A DNA stretch of 35,789 nucleotides from Hylemonella sp. (GTDB lineage: Bacteria > Pseudomonadota > Gammaproteobacteria > Burkholderiales > Burkholderiaceae_C), in assembly GCA_041905305.1 (NCBI GenBank), contig JAYRLJ010000003.1:1-35789 (forward strand). The letters are read 5' to 3'. Below are positions 1 to 7,956 of the stretch, one piece after another. Each line of letters opens with the position of its first letter. Within the stretch, counting starts at the first letter, position 1. The notes beneath the pieces are model-generated. The model worked only from the letters and a program-made list of their open reading frames with translations. It made no database searches and was not told the DNA's origin. A program made the position numbers and the translations under genes.

Positions 1-3000
1 ATGACCGAGCTCAACGACCACCTCAAGCTGCTGTATGCGCGTGCGGCCCAGCTGTACGACCGGCAGACCGCGCTGCCGGTGCGGCACGACACCGCCGACA
101 GCATCTACGCCGGACTGCAGGCGCGCGTGCAGGCGGCGACCGAGGCCGCCGGCACCGATGCACCGAACGAGCCGCGGCTGGTCTTGACCTTCCCGGTGGA
201 ACTGCCCGGTGGCACCAGTGACGAAGAGGTGACGCAGTGGCTCTCGGCCAGCGGCTTCACCAAGGTGCAGGCCGAACGCGAGGTGGCCACGCCGGCCGGG
301 CCGCGCAAGGTGCTGGACGTGGTGGCCGACCGTTTCCGCTTCAGCCACGCCGAGCGTGCGCGCGTGGTCGAGGCCATCGAGACGGCGCTCAAGCGCGGCA
401 GCGGCCGCATGACGGTCTACGTGCTGCCCGAGGCCGGCAGTGAAGCGGCACCGGAGTTGTGGAAGTTCTCCACCGGCCTGCACTGCCCCGAGAGCGACCT
501 GCGCTACAGCGACCCGATTCCCTCCATGTTCTCCTTCAACTCCGCCGTGGGTGCGTGCGAGGTCTGTCGCGGCTTCGGACGTGTGATCGGGGTGGACTGG
601 GGGCTGGTGATCCCGAACGACAAGCTCACCCTGCGCGCCGGGGCCATCAAGCCCATCCAGACGCCCGCCTGGGCCGAGTGTCAGGACGACCTGATGCGCC
701 ACGCCGAAGCGGCAGGCATTCCGCGCGACACGGCCTGGAACAAGCTGACCCAAGAACAGAAAGACTGGGTCATCGGCGGCTCGCCCAACTGGAACGGCAA
801 GTGGAACCAGCAGTGGTACGGCATCAAGCGCTTCTTCGAATACCTGGAGAGCAAGGCCTACAAGATGCACATCCGTGTGCTGCTGTCCAAGTACCGCAGC
901 TACACGCCGTGTGAGACCTGCCAGGGCGCACGCCTCAAGACCGAAAGCCTGCTCTGGCGTATCGGCAGCAAGGCGGACGCCGACGCGGTGCTGGCGCCGG
1001 CCAGGCGCTTTCTGCCGGCCGGCACGCAGTGGACACGCGCCCAGCTCGAAGCCCTGCCGGGGCTCTGCCTGCACGACCTGATGCTGATGCCGCTGGACCG
1101 GTTGCGCGATTTCTTCGACCGCATCCGCGCCAGCGAACTCGCCCTGCCCACGCACGGCGAGGGTGAGGCGCAGGCACTCAAGCTCCTGTTCGAGGAAATC
1201 GGCACGCGCCTGAAGTACCTGTGCGATGTCGGCATCGGCTACCTGACGCTCGACCGGCAGAGCCGCACCCTGTCCGGCGGCGAAGTGCAGCGTATCAATC
1301 TCACGACGGCCTTGGGCACCTCGCTGGTGAACACGCTGTTCGTGTTGGACGAGCCCAGCATCGGCCTGCACCCGCGTGACATGCACCGCATCATCGAGGC
1401 GATGCAACGCCTGCGCGATGCCGGCAACACCCTGGTGGTGGTGGAGCACGACCCGGCGGTGATGCTGGCGGCCGATCGCATGATCGACATGGGGCCAGGG
1501 CCGGGCGAGCGCGGCGGCCAGATCGTGTTTGACGGCGCCACCGAAGAACTCAAGAAGGCCGACACGTTGACCGGCGCCTACCTCGGCGCGCGCAAGCAGA
1601 TCGGCATGGGCTTCAAGCGCATGGTGGCCGAGAACACGCCGCGCCTGATCCTCGAAGGCGTGCGCGAGCACAACCTGAAGGACATCTCGGTCGACATCCC
1701 GCTCGGCCGCCTGGTCTGCGTGACCGGTGTCTCCGGCTCGGGCAAGTCCACGCTGATCCAGGACGTGCTGGCCCCGGCGCTGATGCGTCACTTCGGTCAG
1801 GCGACGGAAACGCCGGGTGCGCACGATCGCCTGCTGGGCGCCGAGCAGCTGGCCGGCGTGGTCTTCGTCGATCAGTCGCCCATTGGCAAGACGGCGCGCT
1901 CCAACCCGGTCAGCTACGTGGGCGCCTGGGACGCCATCCGCGAGATCTATGCCAACGCGCCGTTGTCGAAGCAGCGCGGCTACACGGCGGCCAAGTTCAG
2001 TGCCAACAGCGGCGACGGCCGTTGCCCCACCTGTGGCGGCTCGGGCTTCGAGCACGTGGAGATGCAGTTCCTCAGCGATGTCTACCTGCGTTGCCCGGAC
2101 TGCGACGGCAAGCGCTTCCGGCCGGAGATCCTGGAGATCACCATCGAGCGCGGCGGCAGGTTGCTCAACGTGGCCGACGTGCTGGAACTCACGGTCAGCG
2201 AGGCTGCCAGCCTGTTTGCCCACGACCGCGATGTCATCCGCGCCCTGCAACCCATCGTGGACGTGGGTCTGGAGTACGTGCGCCTGGGACAGCCCGTGCC
2301 CACCTTGTCCGGTGGCGAGGCGCAGCGCCTCAAGCTCGCGGGTTTCCTGGCCGAGGCGGCCAAGAGCATGAGCAGCAGCAAACAGTCGCTGGCCAGGAAG
2401 GGCACGCTGTTCCTGTTCGACGAGCCCACCACCGGCCTGCACTTCGATGACATTGCCAAGCTCATGCGCGCGCTGCGCAAGCTGCTCGATGCCGGCCACT
2501 CGCTGCTGGTGATCGAGCACAACCTCGACGTGATGCGTGCCAGCGACTGGCTGATCGACCTCGGCCCCGAGGGCGGCGAAGCCGGTGGCCAGGTGGTGGC
2601 CGTCGGCACGCCGGAAGACGTGCGGCAGCACCCCACCAGCCACACCGGCCGCGCGCTGCGGGAGTACGCGCTGGCGATGGGCGAGGCGCACGAGGTGCAG
2701 GAAGGTGCCGCGCGTTATCTCGGCACCGCCTTCACGCCCGGCCACAAGCCGGCGCCGCAGCGCGCCGAGCTCAGCAACGACATCCAGATCGTCAACGCCA
2801 AGGAGCACAACCTCAAGGCGCTCACGGTCAACATCCCGCGCGGCAAGTTCAACGTCATCACTGGTGTGTCGGGTTCCGGCAAGTCAACGCTGGCCTTCGA
2901 CATCCTGTTCAACGAGGGGCAGCGCCGCTACCTGGAAAGCCTCAACGCCTACGCACGCAGCATCGTGCAGCCGGCGGGACGGCCCGAGGTGGACGCCGTC

Positions 3001-5454
3001 TACGGCATCCCGCCGACGGTGGCGATCGAGCAGCGCCTCTCGCGTGGCGGCCGCAAGTCCACGGTGGGCACCACCACCGAGGTCTGGCATTTCCTGCGCC
3101 TGCTGTTCGTCAAGCTGGGCGTGCAGCACTGCATCCATGACGGCGCGGCGGTGGCGCCGCAGACCAGCGAGACCATCCTGGCCCAGCTGATGAAGCAGTT
3201 CAAGGGGCAGGAGATCGGCCTGCTGGCGCCGCTGGTGCTGAACCGCAAGGGCGTCTACACCGAGCTGGCCGAATGGGCCCGCCCGCGCGGCTACACCCAC
3301 CTGCGGGTGGACGGCAACTTCCTGCCCACGCAGGGCTTCCCGCGCATCGACCGCTTCAAGGAACACACCATCGAACTGCCGGTGGCCAGCCTGACGGTGG
3401 ACCCGGACCGCGAAGGCGCGCTGCGCCAGGCGCTGGCCACGGCACTGGAGCATGGCAAGGGGGTAGTGCATGTGCTCAGCAACCTTGACGGCCTGGCTGA
3501 GGTGATGAAGAGCGGTGGCTCCACCGCGCACATCGGCACATTGCACGTGCATTCCACCCTGCGCGCCTGCCCGGTCTGCGCCACCTCCTACGCCGAGCTG
3601 GATCCCCGCCTGTTCTCCTACAACAGCAAGCACGGCTGGTGTCCGGACTGCGTGGGTACGGGCGTCAAGTTGACCAAGGAGCAGCGCAAGGCCCTGGACG
3701 ATTCGGTGCGCGACGACAAGGAGAAGGGGCGTGAACAGACCTTTGCCGAGCCCGAGGTCGAGGACGTGGCCGACGTGGTGTGCCCGACCTGCGAGGGCGC
3801 GCGCCTCAATGCCACCGCCCGCGCCGTAAAGTTCGCCGGCGTCGGCATTGCCGAGATCGCGCGCCTGAGCGTGAGCGATGTGCGTGCCTGGGTCGAGCAA
3901 CTCGCGCTCGCCGGTCGTGAGGCCGACATTGCGCGCGACCTGATCCCGGAAATCAAGAGCCGGCTGGAATTCCTGGAGCAGGTGGGCCTGGGCTACCTCA
4001 CACTCGACCGTGGTGCGCCCACCCTTTCCGGCGGCGAGGCGCAGCGCATCCGCCTGGCGGCGCAGCTGGGCAGCAATCTGCAGGGCGTGTGCTACGTGCT
4101 GGACGAGCCGACCATCGGCTTGCACGCGCGCGACAACCAGATCCTGCTCGACGCGCTGCACACGCTCAGTGATCGCGGCAATACCCTGGTGGTGGTGGAA
4201 CACGATGAAGACACGATCCGCCGCGCCGACCACCTGATCGACATCGGCCCCAGCGCTGGCAAGCGCGGCGGGCGGCTGGTGGCCGAAGGCAGCGTGGCCG
4301 ACCTGACGCGCGCTGCCGACTCGCAGACCGGCCGCTACCTGCTTCACGCCATGAAGCACCCGTTGCAGCCGCGCCGCGATGTGCAAGACAAGGACTTGCA
4401 GTGGCTTACCGTGCACGGCGCCAGCCTGCACAACCTGCAGCATGTCACCGCCCAGCTGCCGCTCAAGCGTCTGGTGGCGGTGACCGGCGTCAGCGGCTCG
4501 GGCAAGTCCACGCTGGCGCGCGACGTGCTGCTGGCCAATGTGGCCGCTGCGGTGAGCCAGCGCGCCACCAAGGCCGGTCGTGAGGCGCAGGCGGCCAAGG
4601 GCGTGGCTTTGAGCGGTTGTGCCGGCGTCACCGGTTTCGAGGCCGTGGACCGGGTGCTGGAAGTGGACCAGACACCGATCGGCAAGACGCCGCGTTCCTG
4701 CCCGGCCACCTACATCGGCTTCTGGGACACCATCCGCAAGCTGTTTGCCGAGACGCTGGAGGCCAAGGCGCGCGGCTATGCCGCCGGGCGCTTCAGCTTC
4801 AACACCGGTGAAGGCCGCTGCCCGAGCTGCGAAGGCCAGGGTGTGCGCACCATCGAGATGAGTTTCCTGCCCGACGTGAAGGTGCTGTGCGAGTCCTGCA
4901 AGGGCGCACGCTTCAACCCGGAGACGCTGGCCGTCACCTGGCGCGGCAAGAGCATCGGCGATGTGCTGCAGATGGAGGTGGACGAGGCCGTGGAGTTCTT
5001 TGCTGCCATGCCCAGCATCGCGCACCCGCTGCAACTGCTCAAGGACGTGGGCCTGGGCTACCTGACGCTGGGGCAGCCCTCACCCACGCTGAGCGGCGGC
5101 GAGGCGCAGCGTATCAAGCTGGTCACGGAACTCTCCAAGGTGCGTGACGAAGTGGGCCGTCGCGGCCAGAAGGCGCCGCACACCCTCTACGTGCTGGACG
5201 AGCCCACGGTGGGCCTGCACATGGCCGACGTGGACAAGCTGATCCGCGTGCTGCACCGCCTAGTGGACGGTGGCCACAGTGTGGTGGTGATCGAGCACGA
5301 CCTGGACGTGATTGCCGAAGCCGACTGGATCCTCGACCTGGGGCCCGAGGGCGGCAAGGACGGCGGCCGCATCGTGGCGGCGGCCACGCCGGAAGAGGTG
5401 GTGCGGCTCGGGACCCACACCGGGCGGGCGCTGAAGTCAGTGCTCGCTCGTTGA
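1..5454 (+). CDS. uvrA: Double-length excinuclease ABC subunit A (UvrA-like, four ABC ATPase modules); 5' end lies outside the window
   Basis: Four LSGGE signature motifs with DEPS/DEPT Walker B motifs, three GVSGSGKST Walker A motifs and several CxxC zinc modules. The first Walker A is missing and MTELNDHLKLL is an internal UvrA segment, so the gene starts upstream of base 1. Confidence 0.93.
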   Translation: MTELNDHLKLLYARAAQLYDRQTALPVRHDTADSIYAGLQARVQAATEAAGTDAPNEPRLVLTFPVELPGGTSDEEVTQWLSASGFTKVQAEREVATPAGPRKVLDVVADRFRFSHAERARVVEAIETALKRGSGRMTVYVLPEAGSEAAPELWKFSTGLHCPESDLRYSDPIPSMFSFNSAVGACEVCRGFGRVIGVDWGLVIPNDKLTLRAGAIKPIQTPAWAECQDDLMRHAEAAGIPRDTAWNKLTQEQKDWVIGGSPNWNGKWNQQWYGIKRFFEYLESKAYKMHIRVLLSKYRSYTPCETCQGARLKTESLLWRIGSKADADAVLAPARRFLPAGTQWTRAQLEALPGLCLHDLMLMPLDRLRDFFDRIRASELALPTHGEGEAQALKLLFEEIGTRLKYLCDVGIGYLTLDRQSRTLSGGEVQRINLTTALGTSLVNTLFVLDEPSIGLHPRDMHRIIEAMQRLRDAGNTLVVVEHDPAVMLAADRMIDMGPGPGERGGQIVFDGATEELKKADTLTGAYLGARKQIGMGFKRMVAENTPRLILEGVREHNLKDISVDIPLGRLVCVTGVSGSGKSTLIQDVLAPALMRHFGQATETPGAHDRLLGAEQLAGVVFVDQSPIGKTARSNPVSYVGAWDAIREIYANAPLSKQRGYTAAKFSANSGDGRCPTCGGSGFEHVEMQFLSDVYLRCPDCDGKRFRPEILEITIERGGRLLNVADVLELTVSEAASLFAHDRDVIRALQPIVDVGLEYVRLGQPVPTLSGGEAQRLKLAGFLAEAAKSMSSSKQSLARKGTLFLFDEPTTGLHFDDIAKLMRALRKLLDAGHSLLVIEHNLDVMRASDWLIDLGPEGGEAGGQVVAVGTPEDVRQHPTSHTGRALREYALAMGEAHEVQEGAARYLGTAFTPGHKPAPQRAELSNDIQIVNAKEHNLKALTVNIPRGKFNVITGVSGSGKSTLAFDILFNEGQRRYLESLNAYARSIVQPAGRPEVDAVYGIPPTVAIEQRLSRGGRKSTVGTTTEVWHFLRLLFVKLGVQHCIHDGAAVAPQTSETILAQLMKQFKGQEIGLLAPLVLNRKGVYTELAEWARPRGYTHLRVDGNFLPTQGFPRIDRFKEHTIELPVASLTVDPDREGALRQALATALEHGKGVVHVLSNLDGLAEVMKSGGSTAHIGTLHVHSTLRACPVCATSYAELDPRLFSYNSKHGWCPDCVGTGVKLTKEQRKALDDSVRDDKEKGREQTFAEPEVEDVADVVCPTCEGARLNATARAVKFAGVGIAEIARLSVSDVRAWVEQLALAGREADIARDLIPEIKSRLEFLEQVGLGYLTLDRGAPTLSGGEAQRIRLAAQLGSNLQGVCYVLDEPTIGLHARDNQILLDALHTLSDRGNTLVVVEHDEDTIRRADHLIDIGPSAGKRGGRLVAEGSVADLTRAADSQTGRYLLHAMKHPLQPRRDVQDKDLQWLTVHGASLHNLQHVTAQLPLKRLVAVTGVSGSGKSTLARDVLLANVAAAVSQRATKAGREAQAAKGVALSGCAGVTGFEAVDRVLEVDQTPIGKTPRSCPATYIGFWDTIRKLFAETLEAKARGYAAGRFSFNTGEGRCPSCEGQGVRTIEMSFLPDVKVLCESCKGARFNPETLAVTWRGKSIGDVLQMEVDEAVEFFAAMPSIAHPLQLLKDVGLGYLTLGQPSPTLSGGEAQRIKLVTELSKVRDEVGRRGQKAPHTLYVLDEPTVGLHMADVDKLIRVLHRLVDGGHSVVVIEHDLDVIAEADWILDLGPEGGKDGGRIVAAATPEEVVRLGTHTGRALKSVLAR

Positions 5455-5463
5455 AGTTTCGGA

Positions 5464-5526
5464 TGCTACAAAAAAGATAGCAGCTTGCGCTGATGGGCTG
5501 GTGTTCAAGGCCGATTCCTGCTATAA
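5464..5526 (+). repeat. Short dispersed intergenic element, copy 1 (GCTA-N9-TAGC head)
   Basis: TGCTACAAAAAAGATAGCA followed by GCTTGCG...AGGCCGATT; resembles the copies at 6721 and inside paaD at 18630-18691. Confidence 0.5.
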
Positions 5527-5565
5527 ATCCGGCAGGGAGGGGCCGACACAGGCCGCAGCAACAAA

Positions 5566-6690
5566 ATGGAGCTGATATCACTGGATCAGGTATTCCGGAT
5601 CCTGAGGCCGGGCGTGCCCCTGCCTTTCGGGGTACGCGACGCCAAGGGACGTCTTCTGCTGGCCAAGGGGCTGGTGGTGCAGGAGCAGGGCAAGCTCTAC
5701 GACTTGCTCAACCGCGGTATGTATGTCGATGTGGACGAGGTCGAGCGACGACCACCCGTTCACGCCCCCGGCAACGCCATGCCGGCGCCGACGGAGCGCC
5801 TGTCGGTGCGCTGGGAGGCCTGCCTGCGCAAGCTGGGCCTGCTGTTGCGCGCTCCCGCCAGCCCGGCCTTTCTCGATGAAGTACGCGACCTCGCTGCCCG
5901 CATGGCACGCTTGCCGGACAGCCAGACCGATCAGCTGATCTTCCTCATCGTGCGTCACGACTACCGGCAGACCGAGCGCTATGTCGAGGCACATTCCCTG
6001 CACGTGGCCACCCTGTGCCACCTGGTCAGCCGGCGGCTGGGCTGGACGGACAGCCAACGCCTGAGCCTGATTGGTGCGGCCCTGACCATGAACCTGGGCA
6101 TGGTCAATCTGCAGGCCAAGCTGGCCAGCCAGCGCACGCCGCCATCGCCGCAACAGCGAGCGGAGATCCATGCCCATCCGAACGTGTCCGTCGACCTGTT
6201 GCGGGCGGCCGGCCTGCAGGATGAAGCCTGGCTGCGTGCCGTCGAACAGCACCACGAGTGTCCGGGCGGCGGCGGCTACCCGCGGCAGGTGCAGCAGCCC
6301 TGCGAGCTGTCGCAGCTGATCCGCTTCATTGACACCTTCACTGCCAAGCACAGCGTGCGCGCCGGACGCGCCAAGCTGGCCGCCCACCAGGCGGCGCGCG
6401 ACCTGTACGCGCAAAGCGGCGGCAACCCGCTGGCCGCGGCCTTGATCAAGGAATGCGGCATCTACCCGCCGGGCTGCTACGTCAAGCTGGCCAGTGGCGA
6501 GACGGCAGTGGTGACCCGGCGGGGGGCCACCGCCAAGGAGCCGCTGGTGGCGGCCCTGACCAATGGGCAGGGGGAGCCGCTGTCCCGCCCGGTGCAGCGC
6601 GACACCGCGGTGCCCGCGCGCGCCATTGTCGGCACGCTGGCGGATAGCGCGGTCATGGTCCACGTCACGGCCGACCAGCTGTACGACTAG
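5566..6690 (+). CDS. HD-GYP-fold protein, degenerate (HD dyad replaced by TMN)
   Basis: AHSLHVA, HAHP, QHHECPGGGGYP, IDTFTA and C-terminal GIYPPGCYVKLASGE motifs; GAALTMNLG stands where AALLHDIG is expected. Confidence 0.85.
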   Translation: MELISLDQVFRILRPGVPLPFGVRDAKGRLLLAKGLVVQEQGKLYDLLNRGMYVDVDEVERRPPVHAPGNAMPAPTERLSVRWEACLRKLGLLLRAPASPAFLDEVRDLAARMARLPDSQTDQLIFLIVRHDYRQTERYVEAHSLHVATLCHLVSRRLGWTDSQRLSLIGAALTMNLGMVNLQAKLASQRTPPSPQQRAEIHAHPNVSVDLLRAAGLQDEAWLRAVEQHHECPGGGGYPRQVQQPCELSQLIRFIDTFTAKHSVRAGRAKLAAHQAARDLYAQSGGNPLAAALIKECGIYPPGCYVKLASGETAVVTRRGATAKEPLVAALTNGQGEPLSRPVQRDTAVPARAIVGTLADSAVMVHVTADQLYD

Positions 6691-6720
6691 GCCGACCTGC
6701 TGTCCTTCGTGAAATGTCAT

Positions 6721-6744
6721 TGCTCTTGAATTGATAGCGACCGG
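6721..6744 (+). repeat. Short dispersed element head, copy 2 (GCTC-N9-TAGC)
   Basis: TGCTCTTGAATTGATAGCGACCGG; 16/24 identical to the paaD-internal copy and the same 17-bp geometry as copy 1. Confidence 0.4.
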
Positions 6745-6813
6745 ATGAGATTTTCTGTGCTTGGTGGAAACGCGCATGTGAACGCGCGGTGACAGCCGAT
6801 ACACTGCCCGTCC

Positions 6814-7935
6814 ATGCAGCTCATCTCGCTCGAACAGGTCTTCAAGATCCTCAAGCCCGGCATCCCGCTGCCGTTTGGCATCCGCGATGCGGAAGGCCGG
6901 CTGCTGTTGGGCAAGGGGCATGTGGTGCCCGACCAGGAGCGGCTGCTGGAGCTGCTCAACCGCGGCATGTTTGTCGACGCCGAGGAGGTCCGGCGCAGCA
7001 TGGCCAACCGCGATGCCGAACCCATCGCGCATCGGGTCGAGAAGTTCTCGGTCCGTTGGGACGCGCTGCTGCGCAAGCTCGGCCTGCTGCTGCGCAGTCC
7101 GGGGGATCCCGAGTTCCTGTCGCAGCTGCGCGAGGTGGTGGAGCAGGTCTGCGCCTTCCCCGAGGCGCAGGGCGACCAGATCCTGTTTCTCATCCTGCGC
7201 CATGACCATAGCCGGCACGAGCTGTACGCCGAGGCCCACGCTTTGCATGTGGCCGCCCTGTGCCATCTGGTGAGTCGACGCCTGAACTGGGCGGACGCGC
7301 AGCGCCAGAGCCTGGTCGGTGCAGCGTTGACCATGAACCTGTCGATGGTGAATCTGCAGGCCAAGCTGGCGGGCCAGCGCACGCCGCTGAATCCGACGCA
7401 GCGCAAGGACATCCAGGGCCATCCCTTGGCATCGGCCGCCCTGCTCCGTGCGGCCGGGCTGGTGGATCCGGCGTGGCTGGCCGCGGTTGAGCAGCACCAC
7501 GAGGTGCCTGGTGGCAGCGGCTACCCGCAGCAGGTGGCCGAGCCCTCCGAGATGGCGCAGCTGATCCGCCTGGCCGACAGCTTCGCGGCCAAGCACAGTG
7601 CTCGCGCCGGGCGCGCCAAGCAGGCGGCCGAGCAGGCCGCGCGCGACTTGTATGCCCAGAGCGGTGGTGATGCCCTGGCCATGACGCTGATCCGTGAGTG
7701 CGGCATCTACCCGCCGGGCTGCTTCGTCAAGCTGGCCAGTGGCGAGCTGGCGGTGGTGACGCGCCGCGGCGCCAAGCCGAAGGAGCCGCTGGTGGCGGCG
7801 CTGACCAACGCCAGCGGTGAGCCGCTGGCGCGCCCGGTGCAGCGTGACACGGCGCAGGCCGCCCGCGCCATCGTGGCCACCGTGCCGGAGAAGTCGGTGA
7901 CGGTACAGGTGTCAGCCGACCTGCTGTACGGTTGA
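6814..7935 (+). CDS. HD-GYP-fold protein, degenerate; tandem paralog of 5566-6690
   Basis: Colinear with the upstream paralog (41 of the first 59 aa identical); GAALTMNLSM, QHHEVPGGSGYP and GIYPPGCFVKL motifs. Confidence 0.85.
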   Translation: MQLISLEQVFKILKPGIPLPFGIRDAEGRLLLGKGHVVPDQERLLELLNRGMFVDAEEVRRSMANRDAEPIAHRVEKFSVRWDALLRKLGLLLRSPGDPEFLSQLREVVEQVCAFPEAQGDQILFLILRHDHSRHELYAEAHALHVAALCHLVSRRLNWADAQRQSLVGAALTMNLSMVNLQAKLAGQRTPLNPTQRKDIQGHPLASAALLRAAGLVDPAWLAAVEQHHEVPGGSGYPQQVAEPSEMAQLIRLADSFAAKHSARAGRAKQAAEQAARDLYAQSGGDALAMTLIRECGIYPPGCFVKLASGELAVVTRRGAKPKEPLVAALTNASGEPLARPVQRDTAQAARAIVATVPEKSVTVQVSADLLYG

Positions 7936-7956
7936 GGTCGTCGGTCGGATGCCCGC

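Noticed and set aside
1-3. ATG at base 1 as the true uvrA start
   Set aside because: The first Walker A and N-terminal ATPase segment are missing, so this is an internal Met at the window edge and not evidence of a pseudogene.
2884-5034. 716-aa antisense ORF within uvrA, and similar long antisense ORFs over prfC, ahcY, tyrS and paaK
   Set aside because: Typical stop-poor reverse frames in GC-rich genes, with no recognisable protein features.
5578-7596. 672-aa antisense ORF spanning both HD-GYP genes
   Set aside because: Shadow ORF produced by high-GC codon bias; no motifs, and it mirrors real genes on the plus strand.
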